NCBI GenBank assembly: GCA_963804165.1
Contig: CAWDPO010000045.1
Location: forward strand, 128,001 to 192,000
Source: an uncultured delta proteobacterium
GTDB taxonomy: Bacteria; Desulfobacterota; Binatia; UBA9968
DNA: 64,000 nt
Direction of reading: 5' to 3'
Part shown: positions 42,111 through 52,208 of the stretch, piece by piece
How the letters are laid out: the number at the start of each line of letters is the position of its first letter
Numbering within the stretch: the stretch's first letter is position 1
Position numbers and translations under genes: made by a program
Notes under the pieces: generated by a model
Told to the model about the DNA's origin: nothing
Database searches by the model: none
Seen by the model: only the letters and a program-made list of their open reading frames with translations

Positions 42111-42601
42111 ATGCAAACCAGTGCGACCGCGGCAAAAATTCGCGCCGACGACAAGCCAAAGACACAGCTTTTCTCGTTGAAGACGCCTTATATGAAACAG
42201 GGTCGCGTCACCCAACTCGTCGCTGAGACGCCGAATCTATGGATCCACACCAAGATCAATGCCGAAGGCGGCGAAAATGAAATTCATAAGCACCTGAACG
42301 AGGACCACGCATTTATTGTCTTGGAAGGCCAGATGAGCGTGTTCGATGAAAACGGCAACGAGATCGAAGTGAAACAGTATCAGGGCGTGATGATCCCCAA
42401 GGGCGCTTACTACCGCTATCTCAATACCGGCGAAGACAATCTGGTCGTCATACGCGTCGGCGCGGGCACAAGAGGGCAACAGCAGGTCGGTCAGGGAACC
42501 CGCCTCGGCGCCGACGGCAAACCGCTCAAAGTGGCACGCCGGAAAATCGCAATTTGCCGCCCATCGAAGCCGGCACATTCTTCGCCGAGTCGGCGGGCTA
42601 A
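42111..42601 (+). CDS. Cupin-domain protein (frameshift near C-terminus)
   Basis: GGENEIHKH, EDHAFIVLEG, IPKGAYY; alternative frame ends TAA 42599-42601 just before a terminator. Confidence 0.82.
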
Positions 42602-42637
42602 CAGTTCGCTTTTGTCTGTCGATTCGATTCACTTTTT

Positions 42638-42667
42638 AAAAGGGCCTTACGACGAGCGGCCTTTTTT
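42638..42667 (+). terminator. Intrinsic terminator
   Basis: AAAAGGGCC...GGCCTTTTTT. Confidence 0.6.
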
Positions 42668-42711
42668 CGTTTGCCGCGCACCGTCAGCGTCTGACCAGCA
42701 AGCAAACGCCC

Positions 42712-42741
42712 TTGACGCTTCGATTGGCCGGGGCGTATAGT
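42712..42741 (+). promoter_or_regulatory. Sigma70-type promoter of the RdhA-like gene
   Basis: TTGACG-18 nt-TATAGT; AGGAG RBS at 42784-42788. Confidence 0.6.
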
Positions 42742-42796
42742 CCGGCCAACTATCGGACCGCACCCCGCTCGATCCTTGTGGAAAGGAGTCGATATC

Positions 42797-43995
42797 ATGT
42801 TTGCAAGCAAACAAAGCCATGCCGCGCAGCTACCGGATAATCGGTCCGCAGCGGCAAATCGACGAACGCGAAACGCCGCATCCGAGGGTCGATCGCGGCG
42901 AATTTGGCACCCGGTTGCGCGACTGGCGCAAGAATCGAGTCGGCAGCGATCCTTTCCGGCGCCTCTTCGGCGGCGGCGGCGAAGGAGATCCGAATAACAC
43001 GCTGCAACAGATCATGAAGCAGGCGCCCGAAGGAAAGGTCAATCCCAACCAGGTCCCGGTAGACGATCCCATTGAAATGGCAAAGCAAATCAAAGGCGTC
43101 GCCCAATACCTCGGCGCCGATGTCGTCGGCATTTGTGAGCTCGACCCACTCTATGTTTATTCCCACCGGGCGCGCGGCAATGCCGCCATGGGAGAGAAAC
43201 CGGGCGATCCGGTCAACCTGCCCCACCGCTTTGCCATCTGTCTTGGCTTTGCCAGCGACTATTACCGCTACATGAGCAACAACAGCAAAATTTCCGATAC
43301 CGAATACCAGTTCGGCAACAACCACGCGATTGTGCCGACCTTCATGCTGGCGTCCTACATTCGTGAGATGGGTTATCCCGCGACCGCGCATCATCACGGC
43401 CGCTCGGCGGTCAATCCGATACCTCTAGCCATCAACGCCGGAATGGGCGAGCTCGGCCGCCATGGCATGCTCATTCACGAGAAGTACGGATCGCGATTGC
43501 ACTTGACGGTGGTCACCACCGACCTTCCGCTGACAGTCGACGAGCCTGTGGACATCGGCGTCGAAGAGTTTTGTAAATATTGCAAGAAGTGCGCGCGCAC
43601 TTGTCCCTCGCACAGCATTCCCTTCGGCGGCAAGACGGTGATCAACGGCGTCGAAAAATACGCGATCAACGTCGAGAGCTGCTACAAGTACAAGCTCGCC
43701 GGCCGTAGGCGAGTGGACCAATTGCGTCGTCTGCGTTTCATCGTGCTGCTACAACAAACCCGATACCTGGTGGCATGACGTGGCAATGTGGTCGGTAAAA
43801 ATGACTCCGCCAAGCCTGCGCGTATTGATCGTCAAACCGCTACTCTGGATCGACGATCTGATCTGGGGCAAGCGACCGTGGATACGCATGAAATGGCTGG
43901 GCTATGACAATGCTCCCGAGCCAAAGTACTGCAACATACCCGGCTGCACGGCGAAGCACGCAAACCTGCAGCACAAGAAGCTGCATATTGCCTAG
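42797..43995 (+). CDS. Reductive dehalogenase (RdhA)-like cobalamin/2x[4Fe-4S] protein (frameshifted)
   Basis: GADVVGI, LASYIREMGYPA, AGMGELGR, FCKYCKKCARTCP; after shift near 43705 NCVVCVSSCCYNKP and WWH. Confidence 0.82.
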
Positions 43996-44075
43996 GCACG
44001 GCATCGAACGTATCGATGGATTGCACGGCAACGGAACGAAAGCGCGGGCGTATGGATTAACGGAGTGCTGAGTCG

Positions 44076-44324
44076 ATGACCTACGTGATCACCCAACCCT
44101 GTATCGGTATCAAAGACGGCACCTGCATCGACGTATGTCCGATGGACTGCATTCACGGCACCGACCAGGACCAGATGCTCTTCATCGATCCGGAAGAATG
44201 CATCGACTGCGGCGGTTGCGTGCCCGCCTGCCCGGTGGAGGCGATTTTTCCGGAGAACGAGGTGCCGGAGAAGTGGCGCGAGTACACGCAAATAAACGCC
44301 GACTACTTCAAAAACAAAAAATAA
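44076..44324 (+). CDS. Dicluster (7Fe/8Fe-type) ferredoxin
   Basis: MTYVITQPCIGIKDGTCIDVCP, CIDCGGCVPACP. Confidence 0.93.
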   Translation: MTYVITQPCIGIKDGTCIDVCPMDCIHGTDQDQMLFIDPEECIDCGGCVPACPVEAIFPENEVPEKWREYTQINADYFKNKK

Positions 44325-44406
44325 TTGCGCTGACAGCAGTAGCCGGGTTTGAACTGTGCGGCTTCACTCGCCGCAGCTTGCGTCAAGAACATCGCCAATC
44401 CGAGGC

Positions 44407-44484
44407 CGTCATTCCCGCATGCTTTAAGCGGGAATCCAGGCGAATCCGAATCTGGACCCCCGATAGAAACATTCGGGGGTGACG
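44407..44484. repeat. GTCATTCCCGC...GGGAATCC-type REP-like palindrome
   Basis: cgtcattcccgc-atgctttaa-gcgggaatccag...ctggacccccga...tcgggggtgacg. Confidence 0.75.
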
Positions 44485-44707
44485 AGGATCGGGAATCGGT
44501 GCGCAGCGTGCACTTTCGATACCCCACTTTTTGCGAGGGGTTTTTCAGTCCCGTCTCCCGCGTCTGGTTTTTTAGTGATCTTCCTTGTCATTCCCGCCGA
44601 AGTTGCACAAGCGAATTGACACTCCCTATCTCAGTTCGATATGGCTTGGTCGAACGCGGTAAAAACTTTCTACGTCTTTCCGCCTAACGTGATCAGGAGA
44701 AGCGGTC

Positions 44708-45794
44708 ATGCCGATCATTGACGCCGACACTCATATCGATGAAACGGAAGCGACCTGGGAGCATCTGCGTGAGGACGAGCTGGAATTCAAACCCATCACG
44801 CAATATCCAGTCCCGCGTCGATCCGTCGAAGACGCCCACACGCTATTGGCTGATCGACGGTCACCGCCAGATACGCTTTGTGCGCGACGACAACAATACG
44901 CGCACGACGGTCGAAACCCGCGAGCTGTTGGACGTGCAGGCGCGGCTTCGCGATATGGACGCGATGGGCACACAGGTGCAGGTGCTTTATCCGACGCTGT
45001 TTTTGATGGAGGCGACAGAGCGCCCCGAAGTTTCTCTCGCGCTCCGGCGCAGCTACAACCGCTGGCTCGCCGATCGTTGCGCGGAATCGCACGGCCGCTT
45101 GCGTTGGGTTTGCTTGCCACCGCTGATGAACATGGAAGAGTCGATCAAAGAACTGCAGTTCGCTAAGGGCCACGGCGCCTGCGGTATCCTTAAAAAGGGT
45201 GACCTGGAAGCCGGCAAATGGCCTGCTGATCCTTACTTTTTTCCGCTCTATGAAGAAGCGAATCGGTTGGATTTGCCGATCTGTGTTCACATCGGCTCCG
45301 GCACCCCGGACTTCGCGCCTGCGCGGGAATTTTCCCTGGGCTCGTTTATGCGCTCGCAGCTGCCGACCGTGCACGCGTTTCACACGATCATCCGGCATCA
45401 GTTGCCGCAGAAGTTTCCCAAGCTCCGCTTCGGCATCATCGAGGCCGGCTGTTCCTGGGTGCCGTTCATTGCTTGGGAACTCAAACGGCGAATGGAAAAG
45501 TCCGCCGATGGCGCCGGTTCTTTCAGTCAATTCGCGCGCTACACGCTGTCGTCAGAATTGCTCAAAGCCAACCGCATGTACGTCACGTGCCAGGTCGACG
45601 AAGACTTGCCGTATATTCTAAAAGTCGCCGGCGAAGACAGCCTGATGGTCGGCTCCGACTACACGCACCGCGATTCGTCGATGGAGTATGAGTTTCCGCG
45701 CCTGCTAAAGGAACGGACGGAGAGAGGCGAGATTTCCCAATCCGCGGTGCAGAAGATCCTTTACGACAATGCCAAGACGTTTTATGGGCTCTAA
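44708..45794 (+). CDS. Amidohydrolase-2 family protein (frameshift near 44810)
   Basis: IIDADTH, RSYNRW, CVHIG, IEAGCSW, GSDYTH. Confidence 0.9.
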
Positions 45795-45917
45795 CTGACG
45801 GCTTGGACTCTCGAGCAAAGGAGTGATGGAGCATTCGAATTCATGGCAACGCAGCACACGCGTTTGTCGAGTCTCCATCCTAAACGTTAACGTCCCTAGC
45901 TTCTTAAGGAGGTTCCG

Positions 45918-47081
45918 ATGCCCGGCGCACTCGAAGATATTCGCGTTATCGATTTCACCCACGCGTTGAACGGGCCCTTTTGCACTATGCTGCTCGGCCA
46001 CATGGGTGCGGAGATCATCAAGATCGAGCCGCCCGCGGGCGATGGTTTTCGCCGCTCATGGATGCCGCCGGACGCGAAAGTGGATGCCTACGAGTTCTTG
46101 TGGATCAACGCCAACAAGAAGAGCGTCGTGCTTAATCTAAAAACTGCGCGTGGAGTAGACTTAGCGCGACAACTGATTGCCAAAGCTGATGTGGTCGTGG
46201 AAAACTATCATGCCGGGCAAATGGAGAAATTCGGCCTCGGCTACGAAGACCTGAAGAAAATCAATCCGCGCCTGATCTATTCCTGCTCGCGCGGCTTCGG
46301 CGAGTCGGGACCTTATAAAGATTACGGCAGCACGGCGCATACGAACAACAGCATGACCGGTTGGACGCACACAGGCTGGAACTATAGTGGCGCGCCGGGA
46401 ACCAAGGCGATCGGCATCGGCGATGAGGCCGCCGGCGTCAGCATGGTGTGCGGAATTTTAGCCGCGCTTCACGCCCGCGAGCGCACCGGCGAGGGGCAAC
46501 GAATCGTGGTATCGATGCAGGAAGCGCTTCTCGGCTTCATGATCAGCGAGTTTCACGAGCACTTTATCGGCATCGAGATCGGCAACAAACCCGTCCCGGT
46601 CGCGGACGGTTACTTTACTCTCCGCATACCCGATTTGAGCGACGGTGGTTGGGGCAAGCTCGCGAAATTCATGGGCCGCGAAGATTTGCTCGAAGACGCG
46701 CGTTTTGCGACGGCGCCCGCACGCAAACAAAATCGCTCCGAGTTATACGAGCTTGTCCGCTCTTGGATGCGCGGAAAGAAACGCCAAGAACTTTGGGACG
46801 GGCTGCGCCAGATCGACTATTTCGGCGCTCCTGTTTTATCGATGGGCGAAGTGATCGAAGACCCGCATATCAAGGAACGAAAGGCCTTTATTCAACGCAA
46901 TCATCCCAAGGCGGGACCGACGACCTTGCTCGCCCCGTGGATTCACATGTCGAAAACTCCGCCGAGCATTCGTGATGATGCCCCGCTTCTCGGCCAGCAC
47001 ACCGACGAGGTTCTCGGCGGAATTTTGGAATTGAGCGCCACTGAATTAACCGCGCTGCGCTCTGAGAGCGTGATCAAATAA
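45918..47081 (+). CDS. Family III CoA-transferase (CaiB/BaiF)
   Basis: GAEIIKIEPP, NANKKS, ADVVVEN, GFGESGPY, IGD, APLLGQHT. Confidence 0.93.
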   Translation: MPGALEDIRVIDFTHALNGPFCTMLLGHMGAEIIKIEPPAGDGFRRSWMPPDAKVDAYEFLWINANKKSVVLNLKTARGVDLARQLIAKADVVVENYHAGQMEKFGLGYEDLKKINPRLIYSCSRGFGESGPYKDYGSTAHTNNSMTGWTHTGWNYSGAPGTKAIGIGDEAAGVSMVCGILAALHARERTGEGQRIVVSMQEALLGFMISEFHEHFIGIEIGNKPVPVADGYFTLRIPDLSDGGWGKLAKFMGREDLLEDARFATAPARKQNRSELYELVRSWMRGKKRQELWDGLRQIDYFGAPVLSMGEVIEDPHIKERKAFIQRNHPKAGPTTLLAPWIHMSKTPPSIRDDAPLLGQHTDEVLGGILELSATELTALRSESVIK

Positions 47082-47139
47082 TGCGATTCGACAGCGCCCA
47101 TGAGACATCCGGTTCAATTTTCGAACGGAAAATAAGCTA

Positions 47140-47280
47140 CTGTTGTGCAACAAAGTGCGTTGAATGAGTCATCCTGTGTTTCGCCGTCATGCCGGTGAAA
47201 ACCGGCATCCACTCCTGGATTCCGGGTCGCGCTAGCTGTCGCCAGCTTGCCCGGAATGACGGGCTTTAGTTCCACAACAG
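47140..47280. mobile_element. MITE-like element with internal REP-like palindrome
   Basis: Ends CTGTTGTGCAACAAAG / CTTTAGTTCCACAACAG are imperfect inverted repeats; core cgtcatgccgg...ccggaatgacg. Confidence 0.6.
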
Positions 47281-47290
47281 GACGGCGAAT

Positions 47291-48269
47291 ATGCGTTTAC
47301 TCGTTACCACGCTGATGTTGGGCTTGATGGCGCAAGTCCACGACGCAAAAGCGCAGGAGCGGCTGCGGGTCGCCTGGGCGGGCGGGGCGTCCAACGCGAC
47401 TGTCTGGATCGTTCAAGAGAAAGGCTTGCTCAAGAAGCAGGGCGTCAACGCCGAGTTTATTTCCGTCAATGCCAGTCCCATGGCGCTTCAGGCGATGATT
47501 GCCGGCGAAGTCGACGTCATTGTGACTTCGGTGACAACACTAGTGAACTCGCGCTTGACCGGCGCTGACGTGGTCATGATCGCCTCAATCGTGCCGACGT
47601 TCCCCGCGCACATCGTCACGCCAGAAAAACGTCACGGAGATCAAGCAACTTAAAGGGAAGACGGGCGGCGTCGGACGCGCCGGCACGACGACGGAAATAG
47701 GCATGCGGCTCGGGCTGAGCCGTCTGGGGATCGATCCCAACAATGATGTGAAACTTGTGCCCGTGGGTGCTACCGCCGACGCGCTCGCCGCGCTTTCCAA
47801 AGGGCTCGTGCAATTCTCCATCCTGGTCGAACCCTTCGTCCGCGAGGCCGAGAAACTCGGCTTCAAGTCTTTGGTCGACATCAGCGCGTTAAACATCCCG
47901 TTTCACTGGAACGGAGTTCTCACGCGAGAGACCACGATCCGGTCGAAGGGTCCTTTGATGGCAAAGCTTACGCGCGCTCTGGTCGAAGCGATTCACATTT
48001 TTAAAACAGATAAAGAGTCGACCTTGAAGATCATCAGTAAGTTCACCCGAATCACGAATCCCGACAGCCTTGAACGAACACATCAAGCCTTCGGCAAAAT
48101 ACTGCCGGAAACGCCGATGCCGTCGCCCGAGGGCGTGAAAACTTACCTCGACTACGTCGCCACTAGCCGGCCTGAAGCGGTCAAGGCCAATCCGAAAGAG
48201 TTTGTCGACCTGAGCTTCGTCCAGGAAGTTCAAGCGTCGGGTTTCGTTCGGCAACTGTACGGCAGATAA
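47291..48269 (+). CDS. ABC-type substrate-binding protein, NMT1/THI5/SsuA-like (frameshift near 47625)
   Basis: Signal peptide; WIVQEKGLLKKQG; ORFs 47291..47653 and 47703..48269. Confidence 0.88.
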
Positions 48270-48439
48270 AGCGATAAGCGGAACGGAAATGAGGAGAGAA
48301 TGCGCGTCATTTTCCGAACATTTTTTTCATTTCGGTCGATGACTTCCGGCGTCTACAACGTGCTCGTCGAATCGCCGAGATCAATTGTATACGAGACAAA
48401 TCCTTCGTGACTTTCACTTTGTCCTCGTTACCTGCACGC

Positions 48440-49540
48440 TCACTTCATAAACTGTTGCTGAAAGTAATCCACCCAATCGTTGCCTTGGTCATAGAGCATT
48501 TCCGGACTCAGGTAATTGGCTTTCTTGAAGCGACCGCCGCCGGGCTTGAGATCTGCTTGCAGAGCGGGAACATCGGGATGCGCCGGAAGATAGTTTGATT
48601 TCTGAAAAACCACCTGGCCTCTTTTCGACAGCATGAAATCGAGAAACAACATCGCCGCGTAGGGATGGGGCGCGTTTTTGGCGAGACCGACGGTGTTATT
48701 CGTCGCCGTCACCGGTTCGAGCGGCTGCCATTCCACCGGCGCTCCGGCGGTTTTGCTGATGTAGGCGTGGTGGTTGAAAATCTGGATCGCCATCGGATAT
48801 TCGCCGGCGATGACGAGATCGAGAATCTGACGCGCGCTCGCCGTGCTCTTGGCGACGTTTTGCTGCTTTAGCTTCTGTATGTAAGCCTTGCCCGCTTCCT
48901 GACCCATGGTAATAAGCATATTGCCGATAAACTGCGGCGCGCCCGAGCCGCGGCTCGTCGACCACATCATCTGACCTCTCCAACGAGGGTTGAGGAGATC
49001 TTGGTAGGTCTTTGGCAGCTCGCCGGTTTTGACGCTGCGCGTGTTGTAGCCGAGGGTCATGAAGTAAACGTTAGTGCTGCCCCAAAAACCTTTGGCGTCT
49101 TTCAATTCCGGCGGATACTCGGCGAGATGTGGAGAAAAAAACCGTTGCATGTATCCAGCACGCTGCACCATGGTCGTCGCGGCGCTGCCACTGACGATGT
49201 CGACTTCGTATCTCTTGGCCTGGTATTCGGCCAAAACTTTCTGTGCGATGCGCTCGGAGTTGCCGCGAAAAAATTCGACCTGGACAAACGGATATTCTTT
49301 TTCGAAGGCGTCTTTGACCGGCCGCACGACTTGATCGACGATCAATCCGGTATAGAAATTGACTTTGCCTTCTTTTTTGGCGCCTTCGACCAGAAGCTTT
49401 TCGCGGTTGGCCGCTTTGAGCAAAGCGACTTCCTCAACGGTTGCGGCCGGAGCAAATGCTCCCGGCACAATCTGCCAGAGGAGAATTCCGATCAATGAGA
49501 AGATGAGTTTACTCATCGTCAAGCGCTTCTGATCAGTCAT
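48440..49540 (-). CDS. Extracellular solute-binding protein (Fe3+/thiamine/polyamine type)
   Basis: GAKKEGKVNFY, YNT, PKTYQDLLNPRWRG, APHPYAAMLF. Confidence 0.88.
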   Translation of the reverse strand: MTDQKRLTMSKLIFSLIGILLWQIVPGAFAPAATVEEVALLKAANREKLLVEGAKKEGKVNFYTGLIVDQVVRPVKDAFEKEYPFVQVEFFRGNSERIAQKVLAEYQAKRYEVDIVSGSAATTMVQRAGYMQRFFSPHLAEYPPELKDAKGFWGSTNVYFMTLGYNTRSVKTGELPKTYQDLLNPRWRGQMMWSTSRGSGAPQFIGNMLITMGQEAGKAYIQKLKQQNVAKSTASARQILDLVIAGEYPMAIQIFNHHAYISKTAGAPVEWQPLEPVTATNNTVGLAKNAPHPYAAMLFLDFMLSKRGQVVFQKSNYLPAHPDVPALQADLKPGGGRFKKANYLSPEMLYDQGNDWVDYFQQQFMK

Positions 49541-49779
49541 CTTTGTATCTCCTCTACCGAGTATTCGATGTCGTGATTCGCACAACGTAGACCAATATTG
49601 CCGCTGCACATCGCGGTCGGGCGGACTACGAGTGTCAACGCTTGCGCTACAACTGCACGAACGCTAGTCCTCCCCCAGCGCTGTTGTCAAGGCATACAGC
49701 GTCGACGAAGTTCAGAGTACAGAGAAGCCATTCTGAAAGAACAAGGCGGAGAATCGAAGTCTGAATGCCGGCGCGTCAC

Positions 49780-51766
49780 TTAGCAGGGTTTCCGGTTCGA
49801 TGTGAGTCTGAAGATCTCCGCCTCGCGGAAAAGCGTCAGCAATTCGCGGTCGACCAGGCCCTGTTTAGCCTCATCGAAGAGAATATCGAGCGCCATCTCG
49901 GATGGGATCGCCTTCTTATACGGTCGGTCGCTCGCCGATAACGCGTCGTAGATATCGGAGATCGTCATCATTTTAGACTGAATGGGAATCTCCGCGGCGG
50001 ACAAGTTGTTGGGATAGCCGGTGCCGTCCAACTTCTCGTGATGCGCCGAGGCGATGACCGGAATATTTTTGATCTCGCTGGTCCAAGGAATCTGCCGCAA
50101 AAAGTTCAATGTATGATTCACATGGGACTCGATCTCACGTCGTTCGGCCTCGTCTAGGTTGCCTCGCGAGATGGTAAGCAGCGTGAGCTCGTACGGTGAA
50201 AGCAGAGGGCGTCTTTGACCCGTCGCATCGACGAATTCTTGTGCCGCGAAGTCGCTCAGTTTTTCAAAATTGGCTTGGTGTAGGACTGTCGGCTCGTTAC
50301 ATCTGACAATGAACGTGAGCAACTCATCGACTTCGCGGATCCGTTCTTCAAGCTCCTTTTGAAAATCAGTTCGACGTCCGAGGAACTCCTCGCGGCCTTT
50401 TTCCAAAAGGTAGGCGAGCTTTCGTTCGCTATATTCGTGTTCCAAAGCTTTTCGCGCGTAAGCGAACCGCTCCTGCACGAGTTCGAGCTGTAAGGGATAG
50501 AGTTTTTTGGCTTTGACCAAGACTTCCTCGCGCACTCCGACTTTGCCGAAGTCGTGCAGCAGCGAGGCGTAGCGAATCTCTTTCATTTCGGTGCGAGAGA
50601 AACGAATGTCGCGGAAACAATGAGACTCGTCTCGATCCACGACTTCAGCCAGCGCGATGGTCAAATCGGCAACGCGAAACGAGTGGCCATAGGTCGTCGG
50701 ATCCCGCGCTTCGATGGCGCTCACCGACGCCCGAACGAAACCCTCGAACAAATTTTCGATATTTTCATAGAGCCGGGTATTTTCCAGGGCAACGGCCGCT
50801 TGACTCGCCAGCGATCTCAGCAAAACGCGGCATTCTTCCGGAAACGGTACGATGTGTCCATCAACTACTCGCCCGTCGCGCCTGATCTTCACGCTGGCAG
50901 TTAATGAGCTGTACGACGCCGATCACCTCGCCGCGCGGGTCCTTCATGGGCACCGCGAGCATCGACCTAGAACGATAGCCGCTTTCCTCGTCGAACATGC
51001 GATTGAAACCAAAAGGGTAGGACGGCGGGATTTGGTAGACGTCCGCGAGCTGAACTTCTTCGCCAGTTACCGCTACATAACCCGCCACGCTCGAGCTGTC
51101 CAAGGGCATGACGGATTCATTGAAGGAAACTTTGACGCTGTTGTTCTGCGTAATCTTGAATCGCAGCCGTTTTGCGCCTTGGTCGTCCTCCTCGACCAGG
51201 TAGAGAGAGCCCGCGTCGCTCTGGGTAATTTCGCAACTTTTCCGCAGAATCAGATTCAGCAGCAATTCCCGGTCATGTTGAGTCGAAAGCGCGATACCGA
51301 TCTCATTCAGCTGATCGATTTCGTTTCGCGCGCGGCGTAGCTCTTGGTCGAGCGTTGCCTGGCGGCGCCTTAGGGCGAGATCATCAAAGGCCGCCGCTAT
51401 GGAGTTGCGCAAGGCGTCGCCTCGCAAAGGACCGATTAGAAAACTAAAGATTGGCACGCCGCTGGCTTCGACGGGCACCGTTGGCGCCACGTCGCACACG
51501 TAGATCAGTCTCGCTTGATCGCGCTCGATGGCCGCGCGCATTTGCCTGGAGAATATTCCCGCGTTCGACCCAACGATAACTACAGGCGCTTTGGTCTTTA
51601 GCGAAAAGGTTTCAGCTTGCGGCGCGACGATCCAAGGAACGGTTTTCCCTAGAAGCAAACTCGCCACTTCGCCGCTCTGGCAATAAACCAACTTCCGCTC
51701 GGCGGTCGTTGAATTAGCCGAATCATCCACGCCCTGTTCTCGTCGAGGATCAACCCAAGTTGCCAT
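49780..51766 (-). CDS. GAF + HD-GYP cyclic-dinucleotide phosphodiesterase (frameshift near 50890)
   Basis: DAGSLYL...GYRSRSMLAVP...VQLIN (GAF); GHSFRVA, LLHDFGK, HHEKLDGTGYP, DRPYK. Confidence 0.9.
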
Positions 51767-52066
51767 TTGTCGGCCGGTTCCCGCGCGGAAAATTTTCTCT
51801 CAATTTACGCTGCCGCGACCAGGTGTACCCGGAATCTGGAACCTATCGAAAAATCGCCGGTGACTCAACTTGGGCCAAACGCCACGTAACGGAATCAAAT
51901 GGACCCTTACAGCGTCTCCAACGGCCGCGGGTGGGCGACTTTGTGACACGGCCCTTGTTCGATGGATGGACCAATTACGTCACGCGCATGGCCAAGCCAA
52001 AGTGCAAACGGCTGACACGACGCGCCAGAGTCGATTTCGCGGCGACAAAAATCTTCTGCTGCCGCC

Positions 52067-52082
52067 TGGCACGAGCCGTGCT
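52067..52082 (+). promoter_or_regulatory. Putative sigma54 (-24/-12) promoter
   Basis: TGGCACGagccGTGCT, 14 of 16 positions compatible with consensus spacing, upstream of peptidase. Confidence 0.55.
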
Positions 52083-52208
52083 CTAAGCCGTGCGCTGTCT
52101 TTCGTTCGGGGAAACAAAGACAGCGCGCGACTGTCAATTTCTGGAGTTATCGAAGCTTGTGAGAACCCTTCACCGCAATTCAAAACAGCAGGAAGAAAGG
52201 AAGCACTT

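Noticed and set aside
42602-42796. Cobalamin riboswitch upstream of the RdhA-like gene
   Set aside because: No recognisable B12-box and the leader after the promoter is only about 50 nt
51870-52208. N-terminal extension of the peptidase ORF (similarly 63189..63356, 15010..15156, 25816..25962)
   Set aside because: Extensions run through promoter, repeat or neighbouring-gene sequence; signal peptides and RBSs indicate later starts
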